The notes beneath the pieces were generated by a model. The model was given only the letters and a program-made list of their open reading frames with translations. It was not told the origin of the DNA and made no database searches. 64,000 nt of DNA, taken from NCBI GenBank assembly GCA_965116585.1, contig OZ220714.1, positions 2,396,115 through 2,460,114 on the forward strand. Reading direction: 5' to 3'. Source of the stretch: Gammaproteobacteria bacterium. Lineage in GTDB: Bacteria > Pseudomonadota > Gammaproteobacteria > Eutrophobiales > Eutrophobiaceae. Below, in pieces: positions 31,056-41,719 of the stretch. A program made the position numbers and the translations under genes. Positions within the stretch are counted from its first letter, which is position 1. Every line of letters begins with the position of its first letter.

Positions 31056-32271
31056 TAGCTTGAACAACAACATCCTGCATCCCGTTAAAGGTATCCGTCT
31101 GGCGGCGGCCTCGGCGGGGATTTACGGCAACGCCCGGGACGACCTGGCCTTGTTCTCCCTGGAAGAGGGCGCGCGGGTGGGCGCGGTGTTTACCCGTAAC
31201 CGGTTTTGCGCGGCGCCGGTGAGTATTGCCAGGGAGCACCTGCAACGTGGCGCGGCGCGTCACCTGCTGGTGAATGCCGGCAATGCCAATGCCGGCACCG
31301 GTACCCGGGGTATTGACGACGCCTTACGGGTGTGCCGAGCTCTGGCTTCCTGCGCCGGGTGTGAAGCGCAGGCCGTTGTGCCGTTTTCCACCGGTGTGAT
31401 CGGCGCATACCTGCCGGTCGATAACATCTCTCAGGCGTTGCCGGGCTTGCTTGACAAGCTGGCCGATGATGCCTGGCATGACTGTGCCCGGGCCATCATG
31501 ACCACCGATACGCGACCCAAGGGCCGTTCCGTACAGTTTACCCTTGCAGGTAAACCGGTGACCGTGACCGGCATCGCCAAGGGCGCGGGCATGATCAAGC
31601 CGGACATGGCGACCATGCTCGCCTTTATCGCCACCGACGCCGCGCTGGAGCAGCCTGCGCTGGATCGTATTTTGACTGCGGCCGTGCGTCAGTCATTCAA
31701 CCGTATCTGTGTTGACGGCGACACGTCCACCAATGACGCCTGCGTGCTGGTTGCGACCGGGAACCGGGAGCAGGGGAACAACGCGCTGATTGGTGCAAGC
31801 AGCCCGGCTTACCGGGAACTCGCGCAACAGGTCACGGCAGTATGTACCCACCTGGCCCAGGATATTGTCCGGGATGCCGAGGGCGCGACGAAATTTGTTA
31901 CCGTCCGGGTGATGAATGCCGCAAGTGAAGCAGACTGCGCGGCTGTTGCCGCGGCGATAACCACGTCTCCGCTGGTCAAGACCGCACTCTACGCCAGCGA
32001 CCCCAACTGGGGCAGGATATTGGCTGCGCTGGGGCGCAGCGGGGCTGACAGGTTGGACATCAACAAGGTCTCAATACACCTGAACGAGGTATGTATCGTA
32101 ACAGACGGCGCCAGGGCCGAGGACTATAACGAAGCAAAAGGCACAGCCGCCATGCAGCAAGACGCAATCGAGATCCGCATCGACCTGCACCAGGGCAACA
32201 CCGAAGCCTGTTACTGGACCTGTGACTTGTCCCATGACTATGTCACGATTAACGCGGAATACAGAACTTGA
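31042..32271 (+). CDS. argJ: bifunctional glutamate N-acetyltransferase / amino-acid acetyltransferase ArgJ
   Basis: LHPVKG...ATML autoproteolysis site. ATG at 31042 overlaps the secA end by 14 nt. TTG at 31060 is an alternative start. Confidence 0.8.
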   Translation: MASCSSLNNNILHPVKGIRLAAASAGIYGNARDDLALFSLEEGARVGAVFTRNRFCAAPVSIAREHLQRGAARHLLVNAGNANAGTGTRGIDDALRVCRALASCAGCEAQAVVPFSTGVIGAYLPVDNISQALPGLLDKLADDAWHDCARAIMTTDTRPKGRSVQFTLAGKPVTVTGIAKGAGMIKPDMATMLAFIATDAALEQPALDRILTAAVRQSFNRICVDGDTSTNDACVLVATGNREQGNNALIGASSPAYRELAQQVTAVCTHLAQDIVRDAEGATKFVTVRVMNAASEADCAAVAAAITTSPLVKTALYASDPNWGRILAALGRSGADRLDINKVSIHLNEVCIVTDGARAEDYNEAKGTAAMQQDAIEIRIDLHQGNTEACYWTCDLSHDYVTINAEYRT

Positions 32272-32273
32272 CT

Positions 32274-32434
32274 CTTAATTAAGAATTAAGAATTAAGAAT
32301 TAGGAATTAGGAATTAGGAATTAGGAATGGGGGTATTGCGCAGCGTGGCCAGGACTTTATTTCCGGAAGGCTGCCTTGGTTACAAAACTGCCGACGCAGT
32401 CGGTACATCCATTCTTAATTCCTAATTCCTAATT
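32274..32434. mobile_element. MITE-like element C, heptamer-array TIRs (longest left array: 3x AATTAAG + 4x AATTAGG)
   Basis: Left array then aatggg. Right end ccattcttaattcctaattcctaatt. The centre resembles element A (aaactgccgacgcagtcggtacatccattc vs aaactgtcgccaaaagcggcacattcattcc). Ends 10 bp before the mutT ATG. Confidence 0.7.
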
Positions 32435-32444
32435 AAAGAGTCCG

Positions 32445-33422
32445 ATGCGTAGCAGAGAACAGGTCGTCCTGGGTGTTGTCTACAATGGCGCGCGCGACAA
32501 GGTGTTGGTCGCCAGGCGTGCGCGTGGCGCGCACCTTGGCGGCATGTGGGAATTTCCAGGGGGCAAGGTGCAGGCAGGTGAAGCTGCGCTGGTTGCCCTG
32601 AAGCGGGAACTGCATGAAGAGGTGAATATAGAAGTAGGTGATTGTACGCCGCTGATCTCGTTCAATTATGACTATCCGGACAGGTCATTACACTTCAGGG
32701 TATGGAAAATACACGACTGGAGCGGCGAGGTAACGGGAAAGGAAGGGCAGGAAACACGCTGGGTGGATGTCTCATCACTGTCGGCACAGGATTTTCCTGC
32801 GGCCAACAAGGGCATTGTCAACGCCTGCCGCTTACCGCCGCTATATCTCATCACCCCGGACCTGGACAATTACCCTCCGGCTGTTACCAATCAGTTACAA
32901 GGATACCTGACAGCCGGTGTGAAACTGGTGCAGTTCAGAAGCAAGGACCCGCGGCAACACAGACCCGGCCTGCTGGAGATGATTGACGCCTGTCGCCGTC
33001 ACGGCGCCGAACTGATCGTTAATGCCACACCCGGGTTGGCCCTGGAAGTCGGCGCCGCCGGCGTCCATCTCAACAGTAAGCGCCTGCGGGAATTGACCGA
33101 ACGCCCGTTGCCGGCCGGAAGTTGGGTTGCGGCTTCCTGCCATGACCCGGAGGAATTGCATCATGCGGTAGCCATCGGCGTGGATTTCTGCGTGCTGTCC
33201 CCGGTACGCAAGCCCACCGGCAAGCACGGCATTGCGCTGGGCTGGGACAGGTTTGCCGAGCTGGCCGATGAGCTACCGATACCCGTTTATGCCCTGGGCG
33301 GAATGAAACTCTCCGACCTGCACCAGGCCAGGCAACACGGCGCCCAGGGCATTGCCTTGATCAGCGACGTGTGGAACAGGGCGGATGCTGTTGCGCGACT
33401 TACCCGGGCTGTCACCAGATAA
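32445..33422 (+). CDS. NUDIX hydrolase (MutT-like) fused to a thiamine-phosphate synthase (ThiE)-like domain
   Basis: Nudix box GGKVQAGEAALVALKRELHEEVNI. The C-terminal half is TMP-TENI/ThiE-like. Same architecture as pseudomonad PA4400-type proteins. Confidence 0.8.
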   Translation: MRSREQVVLGVVYNGARDKVLVARRARGAHLGGMWEFPGGKVQAGEAALVALKRELHEEVNIEVGDCTPLISFNYDYPDRSLHFRVWKIHDWSGEVTGKEGQETRWVDVSSLSAQDFPAANKGIVNACRLPPLYLITPDLDNYPPAVTNQLQGYLTAGVKLVQFRSKDPRQHRPGLLEMIDACRRHGAELIVNATPGLALEVGAAGVHLNSKRLRELTERPLPAGSWVAASCHDPEELHHAVAIGVDFCVLSPVRKPTGKHGIALGWDRFAELADELPIPVYALGGMKLSDLHQARQHGAQGIALISDVWNRADAVARLTRAVTR

Positions 33423-33450
33423 CCCGATCGTAAGGAGCCGCCATCAGGAG

Positions 33451-33473
33451 CTTCCTGCTTGCGCAGGAATGGG
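33451..33473. repeat. REP-like hairpin (reverse complement of CCCATTCCTGCGCAAGCAGGAA), between convergent genes
   Basis: cttcctgcttgcgcaggaatggg. Likely a bidirectional terminator or REP. Confidence 0.6.
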
Positions 33474-33477
33474 CGAG

Positions 33478-34245
33478 CTAGACACAGAAGTGCAGTTCGA
33501 ACTCAACGTCTTTTTCGGTCTGCACCGGCCGGGCTTTGAGGTCCGGTTGTTCCAGGAAGCGTACTGTGAGGCGGTGTTTGCCACCGCTGACTTCGGGAAA
33601 ACATTTCAGGCTCCGTTTCGTGGCAACCCTGATTAACTTGGTGGTTGCGTTGGCCTCGACCGATTGCTGGAAGATGCCCCCGGTTGCAACTTCTTTGCTT
33701 GACTTGGCGTTATTCCTGATCATATCCAGTACCAGGTCGACGCCTTTGTGCACGATCAACAGGTCTTCCTGCCATTCACGCAGGCGCTGCTGCCGGTCGC
33801 GCAGGGGCAGATTCAACCAGTAGTGATAAGCAGGCAGATCGAAATTGCAAGCGCCTCCCGCCAGGGAACCTTTCTGTTTAATAGAGGCAATCAACTCGTC
33901 CGCGTCCATGACTGCTCCCGGTTGGCTGGAATTATCCCTCAGGCTGGTGACACATTCGTTAATATCTTCGAGAATACGGCTGAGTTTATAGAGGTCCACC
34001 CCGGGATTGTCTTCCAGCCCGCGTAACACGGATTGGCAGCGTTCCAGTTCCTTGGCCAGTTCGGTTTTGATGTCGGACCACTTCAATAAATCATTCAGGC
34101 TGATCAACAGGGATATGAACAGGTGCATATCAATGGCATCCGTTGACCCTGAATAGTAGTCCAGGCGCTTGAATAAATTCTCAATCCTGAGCAGGTTTCT
34201 GATGCTTTCATTCAGCGGATGTTCATAGACCAGGCGATTTTCCAT
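33478..34245 (-). CDS. zapD: cell division protein ZapD (YacF)
   Basis: MENRLVYEHPLNESIRNLLRIENLF..., 255 aa. Confidence 0.85.
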   Translation of the reverse strand: MENRLVYEHPLNESIRNLLRIENLFKRLDYYSGSTDAIDMHLFISLLISLNDLLKWSDIKTELAKELERCQSVLRGLEDNPGVDLYKLSRILEDINECVTSLRDNSSQPGAVMDADELIASIKQKGSLAGGACNFDLPAYHYWLNLPLRDRQQRLREWQEDLLIVHKGVDLVLDMIRNNAKSSKEVATGGIFQQSVEANATTKLIRVATKRSLKCFPEVSGGKHRLTVRFLEQPDLKARPVQTEKDVEFELHFCV

Positions 34246-34255
34246 GGCAATCCCG

Positions 34256-34849
34256 TCAAGTTAAGTATTTTTCATGCAGGCTTTCAACTTGAGCCCTTAA
34301 CGTGCTAATACTACCATCGTTCACAATAATATCATGAGCGGCGCGCAATCTTTCCTGACGACCAACCTGTGACTTGATTATATTCCTTGTCTGCTCTTCC
34401 CCGGAATGGTCGCGCAAGCTGACCCGCGCTACCTGCAATTCCTCGGGTGCGTCCACTACCAGCACGCGATCCACTGTGGCCTGCGCGCCCGTTTCGAGCA
34501 ACAGGGGAATGCAGATAATGCAATAAGGATAGTCTATTTGCTCTGTAAATGCCTGAATTTCCGCGCGTACCCGCGGGTGGATAATGGCTTCCAGCTTTTT
34601 TTTCAGGACAGGTTCGGTAAAAACCAGCGCCCGCAGTCGGCGCCGGTCAAGGCTTCCCGTGTCATCCAGGCTCTCTGCGCCGAACAGGGCAACAACCTCG
34701 TCGAAGGCTGCGTGGCCGGGCGTTGTGATCCGGTGGGAAATTTCGTCGGCGTCGATGGTGGGGACACCCAGTTCGTCAAAACAGTGTGTTACCGTGGACT
34801 TGCCACTGCCTATCCCGCCGGTCAAACCTACGCGCAAGGAACGGTTCAT
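34256..34849 (-). CDS. coaE: dephospho-CoA kinase
   Basis: GLTGGIGSGKST P-loop. Confidence 0.9.
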   Translation of the reverse strand: MNRSLRVGLTGGIGSGKSTVTHCFDELGVPTIDADEISHRITTPGHAAFDEVVALFGAESLDDTGSLDRRRLRALVFTEPVLKKKLEAIIHPRVRAEIQAFTEQIDYPYCIICIPLLLETGAQATVDRVLVVDAPEELQVARVSLRDHSGEEQTRNIIKSQVGRQERLRAAHDIIVNDGSISTLRAQVESLHEKYLT

Positions 34850-35721
34850 GGCAGGGCGCCTGCTGTCGGGTAGAAGTATTCAAACACGTCCAGCCCCCAT
34901 ACCAGGCTCAGCCATCCTGCCAGGGCCAGGAAAGGGCCGAAACAAATGGGCATTGAGCGTTGCCTCCCGCGCAGAACAACCAGGTAAAGCCCTACCAGGG
35001 CGCCTGCCAGGGAGGAGAGCAAAATAATCGATGCCAGCGCTTGCCAGCCACACCAGGCGCCCAGCATGGCCAGCAACTTCATGTCTCCCCGTCCCATACC
35101 TTCCTTGCCGGTGGCAAGCCGGTAGCCCTGGCCGATCAACCAGAGAACACCGTAACCTGCCACCGCGCCGACCAGGCTGGCGTGCAAGTCGGTGAACAGG
35201 CCGAACCCGTTGCATAACAGTCCCAGCCAGAGCCAGGGCAGGGTGATAGTGTCCGGCAACAGTTGCCGGTCGATGTCGATGAAGGTCAATGCAATCAGCG
35301 CCCAGGTGAACAGGCAGGCGCATAACGCCTGGAGGCCTGGGCCGAACCTGGCCGCGACAACCAGCGTCAGCGCCGCGCACAGCAGTTCCACCAGGGGGTA
35401 GCGCGGGGAAATCCGGTTGTTGCAGGTTGCACACTTCCCTCGGAGCAGCAGGTAACTGACCACGGGTATATTTTCCGATGCCCGGAGCGAGTGCTCGCAA
35501 TGCGGGCAGGACGATCCCGGCCGCAACAGGTTATACGGCGGCGCCGCGATCTCCCCGGTGGGATTCAGTTCGAGAAACTCACAACACTCCTTGCGCCAGG
35601 CCGTCTCGAGCATACGCGGCAGCCGCAGGATCACTACATTCAGGAAACTGCCGATGAGCAGGCCGAGGGTCGCGCTGGCGAGGTAAAAAAGGGAGGGAGG
35701 GAGGTGCTGGAGTGTGTTCAT
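34846..35721 (-). CDS. pilD: type IV prepilin leader peptidase / N-methyltransferase
   Basis: CPHC...C..C zinc motif and polytopic A24 peptidase. Stop overlaps the coaE start. Confidence 0.85.
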   Translation of the reverse strand: MNTLQHLPPSLFYLASATLGLLIGSFLNVVILRLPRMLETAWRKECCEFLELNPTGEIAAPPYNLLRPGSSCPHCEHSLRASENIPVVSYLLLRGKCATCNNRISPRYPLVELLCAALTLVVAARFGPGLQALCACLFTWALIALTFIDIDRQLLPDTITLPWLWLGLLCNGFGLFTDLHASLVGAVAGYGVLWLIGQGYRLATGKEGMGRGDMKLLAMLGAWCGWQALASIILLSSLAGALVGLYLVVLRGRQRSMPICFGPFLALAGWLSLVWGLDVFEYFYPTAGALP

Positions 35722-35795
35722 CAGTATCGCGAATCCGGTGCGGTGTCAGTATCGCGTAAACGCGCACAGATTTAAATCTGTCCCGACAGCCCTGC

Positions 35796-38372
35796 TTACC
35801 TGGCGGAGAAGGTCAGAGAGCCGCGCTCGGCATCCACGTAAATAGTATCAGACGAACTGAACCGGCCCGCCAACAGTTCCCTGGCCAGGGGAGTCTCCAG
35901 GTGGTTCTGTACTGCGCGTTTCAGCGGGCGGGCGCCGTACACCGGATCATAGCCGATGTTGGCCAGGGTCTCTTTTGCCTGGTCCGACAGCAAGATGGCT
36001 ATGCCCTGCGCGGCCAGGCGTTGTTCCAGCCTGTGTACCTGGAGCTCGGTGATGGCGTTCAGTTGTGCGCGTTTCAGGGTGTGGAACACTACCAGGTCAT
36101 CGACCCGGTTGAGAAATTCCGGCCGGAAGTATGCGGAGACGATCTCCAGCACTGTCGTTTTCATGGTCTCGTAATCCGCCTCATCGGACAGTTCCCTGAT
36201 TTGTTCCGATCCCAGGTTCGAGGTCATGATGATGACGGTATTGCGGAAGTCCACCGTTCTGCCCTGGCCGTCGGTCAGGCGCCCATCGTCCAACACCTGC
36301 AACAGGACGTTGAAAACGTCGGGATGGGCTTTTTCCACTTCGTCCAGCAGCACCAGGCTGTAGGGCCGGCGCCGTACCTGTTCGGTCAGTTGGCCGCCTG
36401 CGTCATAACCGACGTAGCCCGGGGGCGCCCCGATCAGCCTGGAGACCGAGTGTTTTTCCATGTATTCGGACATATCGATACGCACGATGGCCTCTTCACT
36501 ATCGAACAGGAAATCAGCAAGGGTCTTGCACAGTTCCGTCTTGCCTACGCCGGTCGGTCCCAGGAAAAGAAATGAGCCGTTGGGCCTGCCGGGGTCGGAC
36601 AAACCGGCGCGGGCGCGCCGGATGGCGTCTGCGACCGCGACAATCGCTTCATCCTGGCCCACCACCCGCCGTCGTAGTGCTTCCTCCATGTGCAGCAGCT
36701 TGTCTTTTTCGCCCTGCAGCATCTTTGCTACCGGTATCCCCGTCCAGCGCGAGACGACCTCGGCGATCTCGTTTTCCGTGACCTTGTTGCGCAGCAGTTG
36801 CAGCGGTTTGGTTTCGGCCTGCTCGGCGTTTTCCAGTTGCTTTTCCAGGTCGGGAATAATGCCGTACTGCAACTCCGACATGCGGTTCAGGTCACCGGCT
36901 CGCTGTGCCGTCTCAAACTCCATGCGCGCCCGTTCCAAGCGTTCCTTGATCTCATGCGCGCCCTGCAATGCGGCTTTTTCCGCTTTCCATATTTCCTCCA
37001 GGTCGGCAAACTCAAGCTCGACCTGTTTTATGTCGCTGTCCAGGTCGGCCAGGCGTTGCCTGGATGCTTCGTCGGTTTCCTTCTTCAGGGCCTCGCGTTC
37101 GATCTTCATCTGGATCAGGCGCCGCTCCAGCCGGTCCATCGCCTCCGGTTTGGAGTCGATCTCGATGCTGATACGGCTGGCGGCCTCATCGATCAGGTCG
37201 ATAGCCTTGTCGGGCAACTGCCGGTCGGTGATGTAGCGTTGCCCCAGTGTTGCCGCGGAGATAATGGCCGGGTCGGTAATCTGTACGTTATGGTGAACTT
37301 CGTAACGCTCTTTCAGGCCGCGCAGGATGGCTATGGTATCGTTCACGCCCGGTTCGTCGATGAACACTTTCTGGAAACGCCGTTCCAGCGCCGCGTCTTT
37401 TTCGATGTGCTGGCGGTATTCATCCAGGGTGGTGGCGCCGATACAGTGCAATTCGCCACGGGCCAGGGCCGGTTTCAGCATGTTGCCGGCATCCATCGCC
37501 CCTTCCGCCTTGCCGGCGCCGACCATGGTATGCACCTCGTCGATGAACAGGACGATGCCGCCTTCCTGCTTTTTGAGATCGCTGAGTACTGCTTTCAGGC
37601 GCTCCTCAAATTCACCGCGAAACTTCGCCCCGGCGATGAGCGCGCCCATGTCCAGCGCCAGTAAACGCTTGCCTTTCAGGGAGTCAGGCACTTCGCCGTT
37701 GACGATGCGTTGCGCCAGGCCTTCCGCAATCGCGGTCTTGCCCACGCCGGGTTCGCCGATCAGTACCGGGTTGTTTTTTGTGCGCCGCTGCAATACCTGT
37801 ATAGTGCGGCGGATTTCCTCGTCGCGACCGATCACCGGGTCCAGCTTTCCCTGTATGGCCTGGTCGGTTAAATCGATGGTGAATTTATCCAGCGCACCGC
37901 GCTGGTCCTCACTGTTCGGGTCATTGATTTTTTCCCCGCCGCGCACCTTGTCAATGGCCGCCTCGACCCTGTGTTTTTGCGCGCCGCATTCCCGCATCAG
38001 CCTGCCGAGTTCGGCCTTGTCGCCCGCCGCAGCCAGGACAAACAGTTCGCCGGAGATGTATTGATCCTTGCGTTGCTGGGCGAATTTGTCGCTGAGGTTG
38101 AGCAGTCGTTCCAGGTCTTTGGACAGGTACACTTCACCATCATGGCCCTGGATACGCGGCAGGTTTTCCATCGACCGGCTGATGTTTTTGTGCAAGCGCG
38201 CAACGTCCACACCGGCCAGACCCAGCAAATGGGTGGTGGAGCCGCCTTCCTGGTCCAGCAACGCAGCCATAAGGTGCAGCGGTTCGATAAACTGGTTATC
38301 GCGCCCCAGCGCCAGACTCTGGGCATCCGCCAGGGCCTGCTGGAATTTGCTGGTCAACTTGTCTGCACGCAT
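35796..38372 (-). CDS. clpB: ATP-dependent chaperone ClpB
   Basis: 858 aa with two AAA+ modules and a middle coiled coil. Confidence 0.95.
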   Translation of the reverse strand: MRADKLTSKFQQALADAQSLALGRDNQFIEPLHLMAALLDQEGGSTTHLLGLAGVDVARLHKNISRSMENLPRIQGHDGEVYLSKDLERLLNLSDKFAQQRKDQYISGELFVLAAAGDKAELGRLMRECGAQKHRVEAAIDKVRGGEKINDPNSEDQRGALDKFTIDLTDQAIQGKLDPVIGRDEEIRRTIQVLQRRTKNNPVLIGEPGVGKTAIAEGLAQRIVNGEVPDSLKGKRLLALDMGALIAGAKFRGEFEERLKAVLSDLKKQEGGIVLFIDEVHTMVGAGKAEGAMDAGNMLKPALARGELHCIGATTLDEYRQHIEKDAALERRFQKVFIDEPGVNDTIAILRGLKERYEVHHNVQITDPAIISAATLGQRYITDRQLPDKAIDLIDEAASRISIEIDSKPEAMDRLERRLIQMKIEREALKKETDEASRQRLADLDSDIKQVELEFADLEEIWKAEKAALQGAHEIKERLERARMEFETAQRAGDLNRMSELQYGIIPDLEKQLENAEQAETKPLQLLRNKVTENEIAEVVSRWTGIPVAKMLQGEKDKLLHMEEALRRRVVGQDEAIVAVADAIRRARAGLSDPGRPNGSFLFLGPTGVGKTELCKTLADFLFDSEEAIVRIDMSEYMEKHSVSRLIGAPPGYVGYDAGGQLTEQVRRRPYSLVLLDEVEKAHPDVFNVLLQVLDDGRLTDGQGRTVDFRNTVIIMTSNLGSEQIRELSDEADYETMKTTVLEIVSAYFRPEFLNRVDDLVVFHTLKRAQLNAITELQVHRLEQRLAAQGIAILLSDQAKETLANIGYDPVYGARPLKRAVQNHLETPLARELLAGRFSSSDTIYVDAERGSLTFSAR

Positions 38373-38618
38373 GGGTTAAATCCGGGATGTTAATCAGTGA
38401 GGGTGTTTAGATATGGGCATTCTGCGCTGATTCAAGTTGCTCTTTCACTCGATCCAGATCAAGCTGGCCGTGCGTCCGGTCACGCCGTCCCGGCGGTAGG
38501 AGTAAAATAACTCTCTGTCGCCATAGGTGCAGAGTTTACTGTCATAGATTTCTACCACCCCCAGTTGCCGTAACTCCGCCTGCACCAGCCGTTCCAGGCT
38601 CAGATACCAGTGGTTGTG

Positions 38619-40014
38619 AGTTATTGTCAAATCTGGTGTATGGCATCATAGTCAGGCGGCCCGTTTGTGTTGCTCAAGGGTCTCTTCTCTCACGCCGTCA
38701 ATAAACGTCACATTCTCAATCACATCGGCCAGGTGCTTAAACCCCCGCATCCGGCGCCAATTCTTCTCCGCACATAACCCCAGCTTGTAGACCATGGTTA
38801 GCAGGCTGGTGCGGCTGACGCAGCCCCGCGTCCTGGCAGTGCGTAACCGTACCGTCGCAAACGTCGACTCAATCGGATTGGTCGTCCGGATCGACTGCCA
38901 GTGTGCCGCCGGGAAGTCATAGAAGGCCAATAATGAATCCCGATCTGCGTCCAAGCAGGCGGCGGCCTTGGGATACTTGTCTTCGTAGGTGCGGAGAAAC
39001 CGGTCCAACGCCCGGCTCGCCGCGGCCCGGCTCTCGGCCATCCAGATAGCCTGTAACCCCTGCTTGGCTTTGGCCTGGACCCCCTTGGGCAATTTGTTCA
39101 AGACATTGGCCATCTTGTGCACCCAGCAGCGCTGTGTGCGGGTCGTGGGATACACCTCCGCCAACGCCGCCCAGAACCCCAACGCCCCATCGCCAATGGC
39201 CAGCGACGGCGGCGCGAAACCCCGAGACTGCAAATTCACCAGCAACTCGCACCAGCTCTGTTTGGACTCCCGGTAGCCGTCCTCCACCGCCAATAACGCC
39301 TTCCTGCCCCACTCATCCACCCCGACCATCACCAGCAAACACTGCCGGGCCTCATCACCCCGCACGGTGAAGTAAATCCCGTCCACCCACACGTACACGT
39401 AACGCTGTCTATGAAAATCCCGACTGCACCAGGTTCGGTACTCCTCCTCCCACACCCGCTTCAACCGACTCACCGTCGCCGCCGAGAGACCTCGCGCCTG
39501 CGCCCCCAACAACGCCGCCAGCGCAGCCTGCATGTCCCCCGTCGAGACGCCCTTCAAATACAACCACGGCAGCACACTCTCGACACTCGCCGTGCGCTTG
39601 ATATACGGCGGCAGCAAGGCAGAACTAAAATGCCGGCCCCGGCCACCCCGGTCCCGCGTCTTCGGCACCCGTATCGGTACCTCCCCCAACCCGGTCGTCA
39701 CCGTGCGCGCCGGTAAATACCCGTTCCGGACAATGGACCGGCGACCCGCTGCATCGCACTCGCCCGCATGCTCAGACAAATACGTCGCCAACTCCGCCTC
39801 CACGGCACTGTGCAACAGCGCCCGGGCACCGTCGCGTAATAAACTCTCCAACGGTGTCCATGCCTCGACTCGCTTTTCCAGGGAAATTACCGTATCGTTC
39901 TTCATGGTGGTGTACTCCTCTCATGTTGTTGGTTGTCTTCGAAAAAACACCATTTTACAACATCGGGTGCACCACCTCACTACGCAGCCCATACACCAGA
40001 AATGAGCATAACTC
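38619..40014 (-). mobile_element. IS256-family insertion sequence (1396 bp) with imperfect terminal IRs and 9-bp target-site duplication AGTGGTTGT
   Basis: Left end gagttattgtcaaatctggtgtatgg. Right end ccatacaccagaaatgagcataactc (reverse complement matches). TSD at 38610-38618 and 40015-40023. Confidence 0.85.
38652..39905 (-). CDS. IS256-family (mutator-type) transposase
   Basis: 417 aa with DDE motif region, ...WVDGIYFTV...CWVHKMANVL... Confidence 0.9.
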   Translation of the reverse strand: MKNDTVISLEKRVEAWTPLESLLRDGARALLHSAVEAELATYLSEHAGECDAAGRRSIVRNGYLPARTVTTGLGEVPIRVPKTRDRGGRGRHFSSALLPPYIKRTASVESVLPWLYLKGVSTGDMQAALAALLGAQARGLSAATVSRLKRVWEEEYRTWCSRDFHRQRYVYVWVDGIYFTVRGDEARQCLLVMVGVDEWGRKALLAVEDGYRESKQSWCELLVNLQSRGFAPPSLAIGDGALGFWAALAEVYPTTRTQRCWVHKMANVLNKLPKGVQAKAKQGLQAIWMAESRAAASRALDRFLRTYEDKYPKAAACLDADRDSLLAFYDFPAAHWQSIRTTNPIESTFATVRLRTARTRGCVSRTSLLTMVYKLGLCAEKNWRRMRGFKHLADVIENVTFIDGVREETLEQHKRAA

Positions 40015-40574
40015 AGTGGTTGTTGCGGGATGGGACAATTGCTGCCGCGGTGTCTGCCCAGATCGATGAGCAGGCGGAGACGACCTCGAGGCCGACCTCG
40101 TAGTGTTCCTGCCTGATATGGGGACCGACCCAGGCCAGCAGTTCCCGGGGTGGGGAGCTGAACAGGGACAGGCCATGTTTTATCACGCGCTTGCACAGGC
40201 CGCGCCAGCCCACGTGCAAGGCCGCGATTTCGGCGCCGGCGCGGTCGCACAGCAGTAACGGCACGCAGTCGGCAGTCAGAATGGTGCAGACGGTTCCTGC
40301 GCTGTCCGTGTGGGAACCGTCTGCGGGTACGAGCGCATCGCGGCCTGGCCTGAGAATCCGGTTACCATGCTGTTGCTCCAGCCAGGCCGGTTCCGATGGC
40401 AGGTTCAGCCGTTCATACAGTCGCCGCCGGTTTTCTGTCACGGCGTGCGGCTCATCGCCCACATGTCCGGCAAGGTTGCAACTGTCAAAAGGCGCGCGGC
40501 TGACCCCGTTCAACCGGGTAGTCGTTCCTGCCCGGATATGCGCCGGCGCCGGCCAGTGCGCGGGTAGCCAGTTG

Positions 40575-41525
40575 TCAGCCGACATCGCGCGCCAGCCCGG
40601 CAAGCAGCTCTGCCATATCTGCGGCAAGGGGCGCTTCCAGTTCCAGGGTCTGGTTGCTCAGGGGATGCTGCAATGCAAGTCGGCGTGCGTGCAACGCCTG
40701 TCTGGGGAACGCGGCAAGCGCCTCCCTGAACAGCGTGGAGACATTTTTTGCAATACGCTTTCTGCCGCCATACACCGGGTCGCCGATAACAGGATGACCC
40801 AGGTGTGCCATGTGCACCCGAATTTGATGGGTCCGCCCTGTTTCCAGCCTTAACCCGAGGTCCGTACAGGCGGGATATTTACTGAGGATACGGTAATGCG
40901 TTGTTGCGGGTTTCCCCTTGCCGGTCACGGCCATGCGCGTGCGCAGGGTCGGGTGCCTGCCTACCGGGGCCTCCACGGCGCCACCGCTGATCAGCGTGCC
41001 GTGGACGAGAGCCCGGTATTCCCGGGTGATGTTCCGCTCCTGCAAGTCCTTGACCAGCCTGGTATGGGCTGCTGGGGTCTTTGCCACTACCATGATCCCG
41101 GAGGTATCCTTGTCCAGCCGGTGCACTATGCCGGCGCGCGGGACTTTGGCCAGTTGCGGCGCGTGGTACAGCAAGGCGTTGACCAGGGTGCGATCGGGAT
41201 TGCCGGCGCCGGGATGCACCACGATCCCCGGCGCCTTGTTCAGCACAAGTATGGCCTCATCCTCGAAGATAATGTCGATGGGGATGGCCTGCTCAATCCA
41301 GTTTTCATGCCGGTCTTCCAGCGTTGCACTTACCTCAATCACTTGCCCGGCGCTGACACTGTCCTTCTGCCTGAGGCCGGCGCCGTCCACCCTGACAAAA
41401 CCATCTCTGATCCATTCCTGCAAGCGGGCGCGGGAATGGCGCGGACACAGCAGGGCCAGCACCTGGTCCAGTCGTTTGCCGCTATGCTGCGCCGGTACGA
41501 TTATCGAAAAGATTTCCTGTTGCAT
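40575..41525 (-). CDS. rluD: 23S rRNA pseudouridine(1911/1915/1917) synthase RluD
   Basis: S4 domain plus RluA-family catalytic HRLDKDTSG motif. Conserved rluD-yfiH-clpB synteny. Confidence 0.9.
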   Translation of the reverse strand: MQQEIFSIIVPAQHSGKRLDQVLALLCPRHSRARLQEWIRDGFVRVDGAGLRQKDSVSAGQVIEVSATLEDRHENWIEQAIPIDIIFEDEAILVLNKAPGIVVHPGAGNPDRTLVNALLYHAPQLAKVPRAGIVHRLDKDTSGIMVVAKTPAAHTRLVKDLQERNITREYRALVHGTLISGGAVEAPVGRHPTLRTRMAVTGKGKPATTHYRILSKYPACTDLGLRLETGRTHQIRVHMAHLGHPVIGDPVYGGRKRIAKNVSTLFREALAAFPRQALHARRLALQHPLSNQTLELEAPLAADMAELLAGLARDVG

Positions 41526-41552
41526 TATTCTGTCCGCTGATGACGCAGATTA

Positions 41553-41627
41553 TTTTAACCCGCATATCTCACCAAGTCGCTTGTTGCAATCTGAAACTTC
41601 GCACCACTTGGTGAGATATGCGGGTTA
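41553..41627. repeat. 23-bp perfect inverted repeat (TTAACCCGCATATCTCACCAAGT) with 29-nt loop, in the rluD/degS divergent region
   Basis: Arms at 41553-41575 and 41605-41627. Followed by about five ATCTGT-like direct repeats with roughly 10-bp period, up to the degS ATG. Confidence 0.6.
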
Positions 41628-41719
41628 AGGGAACTCTGCATCCGCTGTGGCAAAAAAAATTCTGTGTTAATCTGTATCATCTGTGGATATCATTTATCCG
41701 TGTTATCTGTAGCTGTATT

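Larger units (their letters stand above)
38445..40585 (-). pseudogene. yfiH: yfiH/pgeF (laccase-domain purine nucleoside phosphorylase) interrupted by IS256-family insertion
   Basis: N-terminal 190 aa at 40585..40024 (MSADNWLPAHWPAP...) stops at the insertion junction. The C-terminal ~43 aa (…LCTYGDRELFYSYRRDGVTGRTASLIWIE, the canonical YfiH tail) continues in frame at 38609..38445 beyond the insertion. Confidence 0.8.
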
